Shown here one piece after another: positions 26,999 through 37,288 of a DNA stretch of 64,000 nt. The DNA lies in the NCBI GenBank assembly GCA_002281555.1, contig NCGJ01000013.1, positions 23,493-87,492 on the forward strand. Reading direction: 5' to 3'. Each line of letters opens with the position of its first letter. The first letter of the stretch is position 1. A program made the translations under genes and the position numbers. Origin of the DNA: Hydrogenophilales bacterium 28-61-23 (lineage in GTDB: Bacteria; Pseudomonadota; Gammaproteobacteria; Burkholderiales; Thiobacillaceae). The notes under the pieces are model-generated. The model did no database searches, had not been told where the DNA came from, and worked only from the letters and a program-made list of their open reading frames with translations.

Positions 26999-27075
26999 TG
27001 GTGCGCCCGGCAGGATTCGAACCCACGACCCCCTGGTTCGTAGCCAGGTACTCTATCCAACTGAGCTACGAGCGC
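26999..27075 (-). tRNA. tRNA-Arg (anticodon ACG)
   Basis: The reverse complement is GCGCTCGTAGCTCAGTTGGATAGAGTACCTGGCTACGAACCAGGGGGTCGTGGGTTCGAATCCTGCCGGGCGCACCA. It folds as a cloverleaf with anticodon loop CT-ACG-AA, a GTTCGAATC T-loop and an encoded CCA. Confidence 0.95.
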
Positions 27076-27134
27076 ATAAAGAGGCGCGGATTATAAAGAA
27101 ACCGCGCCAATTGGCAAGATAATTGCGGGTGTTT

Positions 27135-27227
27135 TGGCGGAGACGGAGGGATTCGAACCCTCGATACAGGTTTTGCCCGTATGCTCCCTTAGCAGGGGAG
27201 TACCTTCAACCTCTCGGCCACGTCTCC
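27135..27227 (-). tRNA. tRNA-Ser (anticodon GCU)
   Basis: The reverse complement is GGAGACGTGGCCGAGAGGTTGAAGGTACTCCCCTGCTAAGGGAGCATACGGGCAAAACCTGTATCGAGGGTTCGAATCCCTCCGTCTCCGCCA. It has anticodon loop CT-GCT-AA, a long variable arm and an encoded CCA. Confidence 0.95.
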
Positions 27228-27249
27228 AATCTTTTTTCGGCCGGAGCTG

Positions 27250-27280
27250 AAAAAAGCCGCGCAAGGATACCTGCGCGGGG
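27250..27280 (-). terminator. Rho-independent terminator after lysC
   Basis: The minus strand reads ccgcgca-ggtatcct-tgcgcgg followed by cttttttc, about 25 nt after the lysC stop. Confidence 0.75.
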
Positions 27281-27303
27281 TTTCTAAAGCAATGTCGGAA
27301 CGC

Positions 27304-28530
27304 TCAGACAGCCGCTTTATCCAGCTCGAATGCCTGGTGCAGGGCGCGCACGGCGAGTTCCATGTATTTATCTTCGACGACGACGGAAATCTTGATTTCC
27401 GAGGTGGAAATCATCTGCAGATTGATGTTTTCCGCCGCCAGGGTGCCAAACATTTTGCTGGCGACGCCGGCATGGCTGCGCATGCCGATGCCGACCAGGG
27501 ATATCTTGGCGATCTTGTCGTCGCCGTTGACTTCGCTCGCGCCGATTTCATCCTTGACCTTGTTGAGCACTTCCATCGCTTTCTTGAATTCGTTGCGATG
27601 AACCGTGAAGGTGAAGTCTGTGGTGTTATTGGCGCCGACGTTCTGCACGATCATGTCGACGTCGATGTTGGCGTCGGCGACCGAACCGAGGATGAGGGCG
27701 GCGATGCCGGGTTTGTCGGGCACGCCCAGGACGGTGAGCTTCGCTTCGTCGCGGTTGAAGGCGATGCCGGAAATGATGGCTTGTTCCATGTTTTCTTCCT
27801 CGAAGGTGATCAGGGTGCCCTCGCCTTCATCCTGGAAGCTGGAGAGCACGCGCAGTTTGACTTTGTATTTTCCGGCGAATTCGACCGAGCGGATTTGCAG
27901 CACTTTGGAGCCCAGGCTGGCGAGTTCCAGCATTTCCTCGAAAGTGATGGTGTCCAGCTTGCGGGCTTCCGGGACGATGCGCGGGTCGGTGGTGTAGACG
28001 CCGTCGACATCGGTGTAGATCTGGCATTCGTCGGCCTTCAACGCGGCGGCGAGTGCGACGCCGGTGGTGTCGGAGCCGCCTCGGCCGAGCGTGGTGATGT
28101 TGCCGTTCTCGTCCACACCCTGGAATCCGGCGACGACGACGACATGGCCGCTGTCGAGGTCGGTGCGCAGTTTTTCTTCGTCGATGGAGAGGATGCGCGC
28201 TTTGGTATGGGCGTCGTCGGTGACGATGCGGACCTGCGTGCCGGTGTAACTCCTGGCTTTCAGGCCGAGGTCTTTCAGCGCCATGGCGAGCAGGGCGATG
28301 GTGACTTGTTCGCCGGTGGAAATGAGAACGTCCATCTCGCGCGGGTCGGGGTCTTTCTGGATTTCCTTGGCCAGGGCGATGAGTCGATTGGTTTCGCCGG
28401 ACATGGCGGAAAGTACGACCACGACTTGATGCCCGAGCATCTTGAACTTAGCGACGCGCTCGGCGACGTTGCGTATGCGTTCGATGGAGCCCACCGAGGT
28501 GCCGCCGTATTTCTGAACAATTAGCGCCAT
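27304..28530 (-). CDS. lysC: aspartate kinase
   Basis: The start was re-picked at ATG 28530 (MALIVQKYGGTSVGSIERIRNVAERV). It has a kinase core and two C-terminal ACT-like repeats. Confidence 0.95.
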   Translation of the reverse strand: MALIVQKYGGTSVGSIERIRNVAERVAKFKMLGHQVVVVLSAMSGETNRLIALAKEIQKDPDPREMDVLISTGEQVTIALLAMALKDLGLKARSYTGTQVRIVTDDAHTKARILSIDEEKLRTDLDSGHVVVVAGFQGVDENGNITTLGRGGSDTTGVALAAALKADECQIYTDVDGVYTTDPRIVPEARKLDTITFEEMLELASLGSKVLQIRSVEFAGKYKVKLRVLSSFQDEGEGTLITFEEENMEQAIISGIAFNRDEAKLTVLGVPDKPGIAALILGSVADANIDVDMIVQNVGANNTTDFTFTVHRNEFKKAMEVLNKVKDEIGASEVNGDDKIAKISLVGIGMRSHAGVASKMFGTLAAENINLQMISTSEIKISVVVEDKYMELAVRALHQAFELDKAAV

Positions 28531-28664
28531 GATTGGGGGAGTTGCAGGAAAAATGTAAATTCTACAGGAGGCGGAGTTTGCTCCACCAGATTGCAAGGAC
28601 ATTGAAACTCTTGCCGCTCATCAGTAGTCTTACCCCCGTTTTCAATTGTGTGTGGAGCTTCAAA

Positions 28665-29372
28665 ATGGCTAATCAAATCGACAATATCGTGCGTATGGAT
28701 GGCGCCATCGGTGGCGCAACCAGCGTCGAGCAGGCCAACAAGGTCTTGCGTAATACCTACATGATGCTGGGCTTGACGATGATCCCGACGGTGATCGGGG
28801 CGTATTTCGGCATGAGCCTGAACTTCGCTTTCGCGGCCGAGCACCCGTTCATGTTCGCGATCGGCATGCTGGCGGTGATGATGGGGCTGTTCTATGGCGT
28901 CAATGCCACCAAGGACAGTGGCCTGGGCGTGGTGCTGTTGCTGGTGCTCACCGGTTTCATGGGTTTGATGCTGGGGCCGATTCTGCAAGTGGCGATGAAT
29001 CTGCGTAACGGCGCTGAGATTGTCGGTTTGGCGGCGGGCGGCACGGGTGCGATCTTCCTGACTCTGGCCGGTATCGCGACGACCACCAAGAAGGATTTCA
29101 GCTTCCTGGGCAAATTCCTGATGGTGGGCATCGTGCTGCTGATTCTGGCTAGCCTGGCGAACATCTTCTTCCAGATTCCCGCTTTGGCGCTGACGCTTTC
29201 CGCGGTGGCGATTCTGCTGTTCTCCGGCTTTCTGCTGTATGACGTGAGCCGTGTGGTGAATGGCGGCGAGACCAATTACGTGATGGCGACGCTGGCGATC
29301 TATCTGGACATCTACAACATCTTCGTCAATCTGCTGCAATTGCTGATGGCCTTCATGGGCGAACGCGACTGA
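28665..29372 (+). CDS. Bax inhibitor-1/YccA family membrane protein
   Basis: The start was re-picked at ATG 28665. The sequence shows NKVLRNTYMMLGLTMIPTVIGAYFG, seven hydrophobic segments and a C-terminal LYLDIYNIFVNLLQLL. Confidence 0.85.
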   Translation: MANQIDNIVRMDGAIGGATSVEQANKVLRNTYMMLGLTMIPTVIGAYFGMSLNFAFAAEHPFMFAIGMLAVMMGLFYGVNATKDSGLGVVLLLVLTGFMGLMLGPILQVAMNLRNGAEIVGLAAGGTGAIFLTLAGIATTTKKDFSFLGKFLMVGIVLLILASLANIFFQIPALALTLSAVAILLFSGFLLYDVSRVVNGGETNYVMATLAIYLDIYNIFVNLLQLLMAFMGERD

Positions 29373-29391
29373 GTTGATTGTTCGAGTCACG

Positions 29392-29424
29392 GGGCGGCCG
29401 GGGTGACCCGGGCCGCCCTTTTTA
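29392..29424 (+). terminator. Rho-independent terminator after the BI-1-like gene
   Basis: The hairpin is gggcggccgggg-tga-cccgggccgccc, followed by tttttatt. Confidence 0.7.
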
Positions 29425-29433
29425 TTGGTCGAT

Positions 29434-30414
29434 ATGTCTATTCCTCTTCCCCTTGTAATAACGGCTGGCGAGCCGGCCGGAATCGGTCCGGATTTGTGTG
29501 TCATGTTGGCGCAGTCGGTTCCGGCCGGACGCGTTGTGATTCTGGCCGACCGAAATGTGCTTGCCGCGCGCGCGGCGCAACTGGAACTGCCTTTCGAGGT
29601 GCGGGATTTCGCGCCGGAAGCCGCTGAGCCGCTGAGCCTGCTGCATATGCCGGTGCTTGCGCCGGTAACTCCCGGCCGGCTCGATTCGGCTAACGGCCCC
29701 TATGTGCTGGAAAGCTTGCGCCGGGCGGTGGCGGGTTGCGTGAACGGCGAGTTCGCCGGCATGGTGACCGGGCCGGTACACAAGGGCGCGATCAACGAGG
29801 CGGGCATTGCCTTTACCGGCCATACCGAGTTTCTGGCTGAGCTTACGCATACGCCACGCGTGGTAATGATGCTGGCCGGTGGCGGCATGCGGGTGGCGCT
29901 GGCAACGACTCATTTGCCGTTGCGGGAGGTGGCGGATGCGATCACGCCGGAAAGTCTGCTGGAAACTTTGCGCATATTGCATGCGGCGTTGCGGCGCGAT
30001 TTCGGCGTTGCCGCGCCGCGCATTCTGGTCGCCGGGCTGAATCCGCATGCCGGCGAAGGCGGGCATCTGGGCCGTGAGGAGATCGATGTGATCGAACCCG
30101 TATTGCGCCAATTGCGCGGCGAGGGCATGAATCTGGTCGGCCCGCTGCCGGCCGATACCTTGTTCCAGAAAAAAAATCTGGCGATGGCCGATGCCGTGCT
30201 GGCGATGTATCACGATCAGGGCTTGCCGGTGTTGAAGCACGCGAGTTTTGGCGAGGGGGTGAACATCACCTTGGGGCTGCCGATCATTCGTACTTCGGTT
30301 GACCACGGCACCGCGCTCGACCTGGCCGGCACGGGCCGCATCAATGCAGGCAGCCTGAAAGTGGCGCTCGAGGCGGCCTGGGTGATGGCGGAGTACCGGA
30401 GCATGGCGGCATGA
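29434..30414 (+). CDS. pdxA: 4-hydroxythreonine-4-phosphate dehydrogenase
   Basis: It shows [21 protein letters not shown] and [17 protein letters not shown]. The track start 29425 is TTG, so ATG 29434 was chosen. Confidence 0.93.
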   Translation: MSIPLPLVITAGEPAGIGPDLCVMLAQSVPAGRVVILADRNVLAARAAQLELPFEVRDFAPEAAEPLSLLHMPVLAPVTPGRLDSANGPYVLESLRRAVAGCVNGEFAGMVTGPVHKGAINEAGIAFTGHTEFLAELTHTPRVVMMLAGGGMRVALATTHLPLREVADAITPESLLETLRILHAALRRDFGVAAPRILVAGLNPHAGEGGHLGREEIDVIEPVLRQLRGEGMNLVGPLPADTLFQKKNLAMADAVLAMYHDQGLPVLKHASFGEGVNITLGLPIIRTSVDHGTALDLAGTGRINAGSLKVALEAAWVMAEYRSMAA

Positions 30415-31208
30415 ACCCGAGTTCGTCGCGTCAACCTTTGCCCAAGGCCAAGAAGGCGCTGGGCCAGCATTTTCTGGTCGATAGCCATTACATCGCGCGC
30501 ATTGTCGCGGCGATCCGGCCGGAAGCCGGCGATCGGATGGTCGAAATCGGCCCCGGTCCCGGCGCGTTGACGCGGCCGCTGCTGCAAACGCTGCCGCATC
30601 TGGATGTGGTGGAAGTGGACCGCGAGATGGTGGCGCGTTTGCAGGCCGAGTTTCCGGCCGAGCGCCTCGGCGTTCATTCGGTGGATGCCCTGATGTTCGA
30701 CTTCGCCAGCCTTGGGCCGGCTCTGCGCGTGGTCGGCAATCTGCCCTACAACATCTCTTCGCCACTGCTGTTTCATCTGGCCGCGAGCGCGGCATCCATC
30801 ATCGATATGACCTTCATGCTGCAGAAGGAAGTGGTCGACCGTATGGCCGCGGCCCCCGATACCCCCGATTACGGCCGGCTTTCCGTGATGCTGCAATCCC
30901 GCTTCAAGGTCACCAAGCTGTTTACCGTGCCGCCGGGCGCGTTTCAGCCGCCGCCCAAGGTGGATTCGGCCATCGTGCGTCTGGCACCTTTGGCGCTGGA
31001 GGCGGTGCCGTATCGCGATGCCAAAGTTTTTGCCGAGGTCGTGGCGCGTGCTTTCGGGCAACGCCGCAAGACCTTGCGCAACACTTTGAAGGGCCTGGTG
31101 GACGACGCGTTGTTCGCGGAACTGGGCATCGATCCGCGCCGGCGTGGGGAAACGTTATCGGTCGCCGAGTTCGCGGCCTTGGCGAATCGGCTCGAAGCCG
31201 CCGGTTAA
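30411..31208 (+). CDS. rsmA: 16S rRNA (adenine1518/1519-N6)-dimethyltransferase
   Basis: It shows [10 protein letters not shown] and the SAM motif [11 protein letters not shown]. The start overlaps the pdxA stop as ATGA. Confidence 0.95.
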   Translation: MNPSSSRQPLPKAKKALGQHFLVDSHYIARIVAAIRPEAGDRMVEIGPGPGALTRPLLQTLPHLDVVEVDREMVARLQAEFPAERLGVHSVDALMFDFASLGPALRVVGNLPYNISSPLLFHLAASAASIIDMTFMLQKEVVDRMAAAPDTPDYGRLSVMLQSRFKVTKLFTVPPGAFQPPPKVDSAIVRLAPLALEAVPYRDAKVFAEVVARAFGQRRKTLRNTLKGLVDDALFAELGIDPRRRGETLSVAEFAALANRLEAAG

Positions 31209-31218
31209 ACTACCCAGC

Positions 31219-33669
31219 ATGACCGAACCTACCGCCTGTTTTCATTGCGGCGAACCGGTTCCCGCCGGCGCCAGCTATCTCATTGTCTACCAGGGTTGCA
31301 ACCAACCCGCCTGTTGCCTGGGCTGTCAGGCGGTCGCGCAGACCATCATCGATTCCGGCAATGCCGATTACTACCGGTTGCGCACCGATTTGCCGAAGAC
31401 GGCGGAGGCCGCGCTGGAGGAATTGAAGAATCTCAAGCTGTACGACTTGCCCGAAGTGCAGAACAGTTTCGTCAAGAGCGAGGGCGCGGATGGCCAAACG
31501 CGCGAGGCGAATCTGATTCTGGAAGGCATCGTCTGCGCTGCCTGCGTCTGGCTCAACGAACGCCATTTGCATCAGTTGCCTGGGGTGCTGGCGGCGGATA
31601 TCAACTTTTCCACGCACCGCGCGCGCGTGCGCTGGGATGACAGTCGCATCCATCTCTCGGACATCCTTAAGAGCATTCAGGACATCGGCTATCTGGCCTA
31701 TCCGTTCGACGCCGGGCGTCAGGAGGAGTTGTTCCGCAAGGAGCGCAATACCTCTATTCGTCGTCTGGCCATCGCCGGGCTGGGCATGATGCAGGTGATG
31801 ATGTACGCGGTGCCGCTCTATCTTGCCGGCGAGGGCGCGATGACCGACGACATCCAGGCGCTGATGCGTTTTGCCAGCCTGATGTTGACGACACCGGTGG
31901 TGTTCTATTCCGCCTGGCCGTTTTTTCAGGGCGCCTGGCGCGATCTGAAATTGAAGCGGGCCGGCATGGATGTGCCGGTCGCGCTGGGTGTCGGGGCGGC
32001 GTATGTGGCCAGTATTTACGGCACTTTCACCGGCAGCGCCGAGGTGTATTTCGATGCGGTGACCATGTTCGTGTTTTTCCTGCTCACCGGTCGTTTCCTG
32101 GAGATGAGCGCGCGAAAACGCTCGGCTGAGGCGGCGGAGAGTCTGATCAAGCTGATTCCGGCTGCCGCGATGCGACTGCCCGGCTATCCGGCAACGCGCG
32201 AAGAGGAAATGGTGGCGGCGGTCAAGCTGATGGTCGGCGACCATGTGCTGATCGGCCCGGGCGCGAGTTTTCCGGCCGATGGCAGCGTCGTGGAAGGGGC
32301 TTCCAGCGTCGATGAGTCGTTGTTGACCGGCGAGTCTCTGCCGGTTTCCAAGCATGCCGCCAGTCTGGTCATTGGCGGCACCATCAATCTGGAAAGTCCG
32401 CTGGTGGTGCGGGTCGAGAAGGTGGGGGCGGATACGGTGCTGTCCGGCATCGTGCGTCTGCTCGATCGGGCTCTGGCCGAAAAGCCGCGTCTTGCCAAGA
32501 TCGCCGATCGCGTCGCCGCCTGGTTTGTGTTCGCGTTGTTGCTGGTTGCCGCCAGCGTCGCCGGTATCTGGTATGTGGTCGATGCATCGCGCGCGTTCTG
32601 GATTACCGTGTCCGTGCTGGTGGTGTCTTGTCCGTGCGCGCTGGCTTTGGCCACCCCGGCGGCGTTGACGGCGGCATTGGGGCGGCTGACCCGGTTGGGC
32701 TTGTTGTCCACGCGCGGCCATGCTTTGGAAACCCTGGCGCACGCGACGGATTTCGTTTTCGACAAGACTGGAACGTTGACTACCGGCAAGTTCAGCTTGC
32801 TGGATATGGAAGTGCTGCGCACGGATCGCATGCATGTCCTGGCCTTGGCGCATGCGCTGGAGCAGGGCGCGACGCATCCGCTGGCGGCGGGATTGCGCGA
32901 AGCCGCGGGTGTGTCGTCCGGGTTGCCGACGAGTTTGCCCGCGCTGGCGGCGGACAATCTGAGCTATATCCCCGGGCGCGGCGTCACCGGCCAGATTGAA
33001 GCCAAGACGTATCGCCTGGGCGCGCCGGAATTTCTCGGCGATACACCTGCGCAAGGTCGTTTCCAGGTTGGCGCTTCGCTGGTCGGTCTGGCCGATGACG
33101 CGGGCGTGCTCGCCTGGTTTGCCTTGGGCGATACGCCCAGGGCTCAGGCGCATCAGTTGATCGACGACCTGAAAAACCTGGGCGTGCGCTTGCATCTTTA
33201 TTCCGGTGATCGCGCGGAAAACGTGCGCGCGCTGGCGCGCGAACTCGGCATCGACGACGCACAGGGCGGCATGTTGCCGCAAGACAAGCTCGCGGCCGTG
33301 CGCGCATTGCAGCAAGCCGGCGCCATCGTCGCGATGACGGGTGACGGTGTGAACGACGCGCCGGTGCTGGCGCAGGCTCAGGTCTCCATCGCGGTGGATC
33401 AGGGCGCTGAAGCGGCGCAGGCTGCGGCGGATATGGTGCTATTGTCGAGCGAGATCGGGCGTCTGGCCGATGGAGTCAGATTGGCGCGCAAGGCCCAGGC
33501 TGTGATTAAGCAGAATCTGGCCTGGTCGGTGTTCTATAACGCGCTCGCCATCCCAGCCGCCGCGATGGGCTATGTGACGCCCTGGATGGCGGGTATCGGT
33601 ATGTCGTTGTCTTCACTGCTGGTTGTGCTGAACGCGATGCGTTTGTCTCGCATCAGCAAGAACGAGTGA
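31219..33669 (+). CDS. ccoI: copper-translocating P-type ATPase of the cbb3 assembly type (CcoI/FixI)
   Basis: The start was re-picked at ATG 31219 (MTEPTACFHCGEPV). It has an HMA-like CAAC, the CPC motif (SCPCALALATP), DKTGTLT and GDGVNDAP. It lies directly upstream of ccoS. Confidence 0.9.
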   Translation: MTEPTACFHCGEPVPAGASYLIVYQGCNQPACCLGCQAVAQTIIDSGNADYYRLRTDLPKTAEAALEELKNLKLYDLPEVQNSFVKSEGADGQTREANLILEGIVCAACVWLNERHLHQLPGVLAADINFSTHRARVRWDDSRIHLSDILKSIQDIGYLAYPFDAGRQEELFRKERNTSIRRLAIAGLGMMQVMMYAVPLYLAGEGAMTDDIQALMRFASLMLTTPVVFYSAWPFFQGAWRDLKLKRAGMDVPVALGVGAAYVASIYGTFTGSAEVYFDAVTMFVFFLLTGRFLEMSARKRSAEAAESLIKLIPAAAMRLPGYPATREEEMVAAVKLMVGDHVLIGPGASFPADGSVVEGASSVDESLLTGESLPVSKHAASLVIGGTINLESPLVVRVEKVGADTVLSGIVRLLDRALAEKPRLAKIADRVAAWFVFALLLVAASVAGIWYVVDASRAFWITVSVLVVSCPCALALATPAALTAALGRLTRLGLLSTRGHALETLAHATDFVFDKTGTLTTGKFSLLDMEVLRTDRMHVLALAHALEQGATHPLAAGLREAAGVSSGLPTSLPALAADNLSYIPGRGVTGQIEAKTYRLGAPEFLGDTPAQGRFQVGASLVGLADDAGVLAWFALGDTPRAQAHQLIDDLKNLGVRLHLYSGDRAENVRALARELGIDDAQGGMLPQDKLAAVRALQQAGAIVAMTGDGVNDAPVLAQAQVSIAVDQGAEAAQAAADMVLLSSEIGRLADGVRLARKAQAVIKQNLAWSVFYNALAIPAAAMGYVTPWMAGIGMSLSSLLVVLNAMRLSRISKNE

Positions 33670-33747
33670 CGTGTGGCTATAAGGAATTTTGATTATCCCT
33701 GTGACCTGGGACACAAATACTATGCCGTTACTCAATAAAGCCAGCCT

Positions 33748-33948
33748 ATGGATATCCTGTATTTATTAATCCCGCTCAGCCTGGTTTTCGTCGCTGCCAT
33801 CGCCGTGGTTTTCCTGTGGGCGGTGAAAAGCGGCCAGTTTGAAGACATGGAGGGGCCCGCGCACCGCATACTCATGGACGATGAGTTTCCGAAACCGACA
33901 CAGAAGAGTTCATCGTTGGACAAAGGTGGAGATGAAGGTGTTCGTTGA
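33748..33948 (+). CDS. ccoS: cbb3 oxidase maturation protein CcoS/FixS
   Basis: The ORF is 66 aa. MDILYLLIPLSLVFVAAIAVVFLWAVKSGQFEDMEGPAHRILMDDE is the typical CcoS sequence. Confidence 0.85.
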   Translation: MDILYLLIPLSLVFVAAIAVVFLWAVKSGQFEDMEGPAHRILMDDEFPKPTQKSSSLDKGGDEGVR

Positions 33949-33958
33949 CATATATCAA
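33945..33958 (+). promoter_or_regulatory. putative FNR/Anr-type binding site upstream of ccoN
   Basis: The site reads TTGAC-ATAT-ATCAA, against the consensus TTGAT-N4-ATCAA. It overlaps the ccoS stop codon and is centred about 84 nt upstream of the ccoN ATG at 34036. Confidence 0.6.
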
Positions 33959-34035
33959 GCGCCTATTTAGGATTTGAATGTCGTTTATTCGGCGTTCGTT
34001 TTTCAACCCAGCCTGTAATGCTTAAGGAGACCCGT

Positions 34036-35466
34036 ATGGAAGCAACATACAACTATAAGGTCGTCCGCCAATTCGCCATCATGACTGTCGTGTGGGGAAT
34101 TGTCGGGATGTTGGTGGGCGTCATTCTTGCCGCTCAACTCATCTGGCCCGATATCACCAAGGATCTCGGTCCTCTGGCCCCCTACCTTTCTTACGGGCGC
34201 TTGCGTCCCTTGCATACCAACGCGGTCATTTTTGCGTTTGGCGGCTCAGCCTTGTTTGCCACTTCGCTCTATATCGTGCAGCGCACCTGTCAGGCGCGGC
34301 TGCTATCCGATGGTCTGGCTTCCTTCGTGTTCTGGGGCTGGCAACTCATCATCCTTCTCGCGGCTGTTTCTCTGCCGATGGGTTTCACCACGGGCAAGGA
34401 ATACGCCGAGCTGGAATGGCCGATCGATTTGTTGATCGCGGTGGTCTGGATTGGTTACGCGGTGCTGTTTTTTGGCACCATCATCAAGCGCAAGACCCAG
34501 CACATCTATGTGGCCAACTGGTTCTTCGGCGCCTACATCGTCACCATTACCCTCCTGCACGTTGTCAACAGCGCCGAATTGCCGGTGACGTTGACCAAGT
34601 CCTACTCAGCCTACGCCGGTGTGCATGACGCCATGGTGCAGTGGTGGTACGGCCATAACGCGGTCGGTTTCTTTCTGACCACCGCCTTCCTGGGCATGAT
34701 GTATTACTTCATTCCCAAGCAGGCCGGTCGCCCGATCTTTTCGTATCGTCTGTCCATCGTTCACTTCTGGGCGCTGAACTTCATCTACATGTGGGCCGGC
34801 CCGCACCATCTGCTCTACACCGCGCTGCCCGACTGGGCGCAGTCTCTCGGCATGGTCTTCTCGCTGATGCTGATCGCGCCAAGCTGGGGCGGCATGATGA
34901 ACGGCATCATGACCCTGTCCGGCGCCTGGCATAAGCTGCGCACCGATCCGATCCTGAAGTTCCTGATCACCGCGATGTCCTTCTACGGCATGTCGACCTT
35001 CGAAGGTCCGATGATGTCGGTGAAGACCGTCAACGCCTTGTCCCACTACACCGAATGGACTATCGGTCACGTCCACTCCGGCGCGCTGGGCTGGGTCGCG
35101 ATGATCTCGATCGGCTCGCTGTATCACCTCATTCCGCGCCTGTTCGGCCGTGAAGAGATGTTCAGCGTCAAGTTGATCAACACCCACTTCTGGATGTCCA
35201 CCATCGGTGTCGTGTTGTATATCGCCGCGCTTTGGATTGCCGGTGTTGCCCAAGGTTTGATGTGGCGCGCAACCAACTCGGACGGCACGCTGACCTACAG
35301 CTTCGCCCAGTCGGTCAACGCCATGTACCCGTTCTATACCATCCGATTGATTGGCGGAACGCTGTTCTTCGCCGGCATGTTGCTGATGGCTTACAACGTG
35401 TGGAAGACCATCGCGGCGGGCAAAGCCGTCAACGATGCCCGCATCTCTGAAGCCGTCGCGGCCTGA
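34036..35466 (+). CDS. ccoN: cytochrome c oxidase cbb3-type subunit I
   Basis: It is a multi-TM heme-copper oxidase ([37 protein letters not shown]). ATG 34036 lies 6 nt after AAGGAG. The alternative start is ATG 34018, used by the track. Confidence 0.95.
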   Translation: MEATYNYKVVRQFAIMTVVWGIVGMLVGVILAAQLIWPDITKDLGPLAPYLSYGRLRPLHTNAVIFAFGGSALFATSLYIVQRTCQARLLSDGLASFVFWGWQLIILLAAVSLPMGFTTGKEYAELEWPIDLLIAVVWIGYAVLFFGTIIKRKTQHIYVANWFFGAYIVTITLLHVVNSAELPVTLTKSYSAYAGVHDAMVQWWYGHNAVGFFLTTAFLGMMYYFIPKQAGRPIFSYRLSIVHFWALNFIYMWAGPHHLLYTALPDWAQSLGMVFSLMLIAPSWGGMMNGIMTLSGAWHKLRTDPILKFLITAMSFYGMSTFEGPMMSVKTVNALSHYTEWTIGHVHSGALGWVAMISIGSLYHLIPRLFGREEMFSVKLINTHFWMSTIGVVLYIAALWIAGVAQGLMWRATNSDGTLTYSFAQSVNAMYPFYTIRLIGGTLFFAGMLLMAYNVWKTIAAGKAVNDARISEAVAA

Positions 35467-35484
35467 TGAACAAGGAGACTGAAC

Positions 35485-36099
35485 ATGTTTTCGCATAAGG
35501 CTTTAGAAAAGAACATCGGCTGGTTGATGGTGCTGACGTTCGTCGTCGTTTCCGTGGGCGGGTTGGTGCAGATCGTGCCCCTGTTCTTCCAGAAATCGAC
35601 CACGCAACCGGTCGAGGGCCTCAAGCCCTACACCGCGCTGGAGCTGACCGGGCGCGATGTCTACATCCGCGAGGGCTGCTACAACTGTCATTCGCAGATG
35701 GTGCGTCCGTTCCGCGCCGAGACCGAGCGTTACGGCCACTTCTCCGTGGCCGGCGAGTTCGTCTACGATCGTCCGTTCCAGTGGGGTTCCAAGCGCACGG
35801 GGCCGGATCTGCATCGTGTCGGTGGCCGTTACTCGAACGAATGGCATTACGCTCACATGATGGACCCGCGTGCTTTGGTGCCCGAGTCCAACATGCCCGC
35901 CTATGCCTGGTTGGCCGATGCCGCCGCCGATGCCGATACCATCCAGAAGAAGATGACCGTGCTCAAGAATTGGGCCGGCCATCCTTATACGGATGAGGAA
36001 ATCGCCCAAGCTCCGGAAATGTTGAAAGACAAGACCGAGATGGATGCGCTGATCGCCTATCTGCAAGTGCTGGGCACCCACGCACCCAAGGCCAAATGA
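35485..36099 (+). CDS. ccoO: cytochrome c oxidase cbb3-type subunit II
   Basis: The ORF is 204 aa with one TM helix and a monoheme motif ([11 protein letters not shown]). An AAGGAG RBS precedes it. Confidence 0.95.
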   Translation: MFSHKALEKNIGWLMVLTFVVVSVGGLVQIVPLFFQKSTTQPVEGLKPYTALELTGRDVYIREGCYNCHSQMVRPFRAETERYGHFSVAGEFVYDRPFQWGSKRTGPDLHRVGGRYSNEWHYAHMMDPRALVPESNMPAYAWLADAAADADTIQKKMTVLKNWAGHPYTDEEIAQAPEMLKDKTEMDALIAYLQVLGTHAPKAK

Positions 36100-36100
36100 G

Positions 36101-36262
36101 ATGGATGCGGGCCTCCTGGGTTCTATCGTGACCGTCCTCTTCTTTGTGCTGTTTATCGCAATCCTGGTGTGGGCATTTCACCGGGGCAACAAGCAGAAGT
36201 TCGAGGACGCCGGCAACCTTCCGTTTCAGGAGGATGCAGGCGAGGCCCGCAAACCAGATTGA
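36101..36262 (+). CDS. ccoQ: cbb3-type oxidase small subunit CcoQ
   Basis: It is not in the ORF track (53 aa). The translation is MDAGLLGSIVTVLFFVLFIAILVWAFHRGNKQKFEDAGNLPFQEDAGEARKPD. It has a single TM helix and sits between ccoO and ccoP. Coordinates are anchored on the ccoO stop 36099 and the ccoP start 36305. Confidence 0.7.
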   Translation: MDAGLLGSIVTVLFFVLFIAILVWAFHRGNKQKFEDAGNLPFQEDAGEARKPD

Positions 36263-36304
36263 CCACGAGTCGATTTCACATTGTCGGTTCATTAGGAGAG
36301 ACAC

Positions 36305-37288
36305 ATGATTGAAGGATATGCAGTACCCGACTTCATCAGCGATTTCTGGCATTACTACATCGCTGCCATCACCGCTGCCGGCATTCTGTTTTCGCTCTGG
36401 CTGTTGAAGAGCCAGAGCAGCGTGAAGCCACTCGCTCCCGGCGAGCAGGCCGAACTGATGCATCCCGTCTGGGATGGCGATTTGCAGGAATTGAACAACC
36501 CGCTGCCGCGCTGGTGGATGTGGATGTTCTACCTGCTGATCGTGTTCGGCATTGTTTACCTGGTGATTTTTCCAGGCATGGGAAAATACGCGGGCATGTT
36601 GGGTTGGTCTTCCGCCCAGGAATGGCAAGACGAAAAGACCCGTGTCGATGCCGAGTTCGACAAGGAGTTCCAGCCATTTGCCGGCCAGGATCTGATGGCG
36701 GTCGCGGCCGATCCGAAGGCGAAGGAAATGGGCGGGCATTTGTTCCTGACCTACTGTTCCCAGTGCCATGGTTCCAGCGGGCAGGGCGCGACCGGTTTCC
36801 CCGACCTGACCGACAACAAGTGGTTGTTCGGCGGCGCGCCGGATGATGTCAAGGCCAGCATAGTTAATGGCCGTGTTGCCGAGATGCCGGGTGGCTTGGC
36901 GGGCGATGTCCAAGGCGCCAAGGAAGTGGCCAACTATGTGCTGTTACTCGGTGGCAAGCCGCATGACGCGGCACTGGCCGCAACGGGCAAAGAGAAATTT
37001 GCCGCTTGCGCCGGTTGCCACGGTGAAGACGGTAAAGGCATGAAGGCGGCTGGCTTCCCGGACCTGACCGACGACGCCTGGCAGTACGGCGGCAGCGAAG
37101 CCGCAATCACCGAAAGCATCGTCAAGGGTCGCAAGGGCGGCATGCCGGCTCAGCTTGAACAGCTTGGCGAGAACAAGGTGCATCTGCTGGCGGCCTATGT
37201 CTGGGGGTTGGGTGGTGGCCAGAAACCGGCACCGGTGGCACCTCCCGTACCGGATGCCGCAGCGCCCGCAGCCGCACCAGCGCAGTAA
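36305..37288 (+). CDS. ccoP: cytochrome c oxidase cbb3-type subunit III (diheme)
   Basis: The ORF is 327 aa with an N-terminal TM helix and two CxxCH motifs (CSQCHG, CAGCHG). Confidence 0.95.
   Translation: MIEGYAVPDFISDFWHYYIAAITAAGILFSLWLLKSQSSVKPLAPGEQAELMHPVWDGDLQELNNPLPRWWMWMFYLLIVFGIVYLVIFPGMGKYAGMLGWSSAQEWQDEKTRVDAEFDKEFQPFAGQDLMAVAADPKAKEMGGHLFLTYCSQCHGSSGQGATGFPDLTDNKWLFGGAPDDVKASIVNGRVAEMPGGLAGDVQGAKEVANYVLLLGGKPHDAALAATGKEKFAACAGCHGEDGKGMKAAGFPDLTDDAWQYGGSEAAITESIVKGRKGGMPAQLEQLGENKVHLLAAYVWGLGGGQKPAPVAPPVPDAAAPAAAPAQ

Noticed and set aside
26999-27227. tRNA-Arg/tRNA-Ser pair as the boundary of a genomic island
   Set aside because: There is no integrase, no phage or transposon genes, and no visible direct repeat of a tRNA 3' end in the window. 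The flanking genes are housekeeping (a U32-family protein and lysC).
28531-28664. Lysine riboswitch (L-box) in the lysC leader
   Set aside because: The whole divergent intergenic region is only 134 nt and is shared with the BI-1-like gene promoter. That is too short for an L-box, and I could not see its conserved helices.
27292-30795. Set of long ORFs: 27292..28524 (+), 28521..29504 (-) and 29422..30795 (-)
   Set aside because: They are antisense to lysC, the BI-1-like gene and pdxA/rsmA respectively. They are H/Q/R-rich nonsense sequences.
31210-33315. 701-aa minus-strand ORF
   Set aside because: It is antisense to the P-type ATPase ccoI, whose DKTGT, CPC and GDGVNDAP motifs are all on the plus strand. 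Its composition is a mirror artefact.
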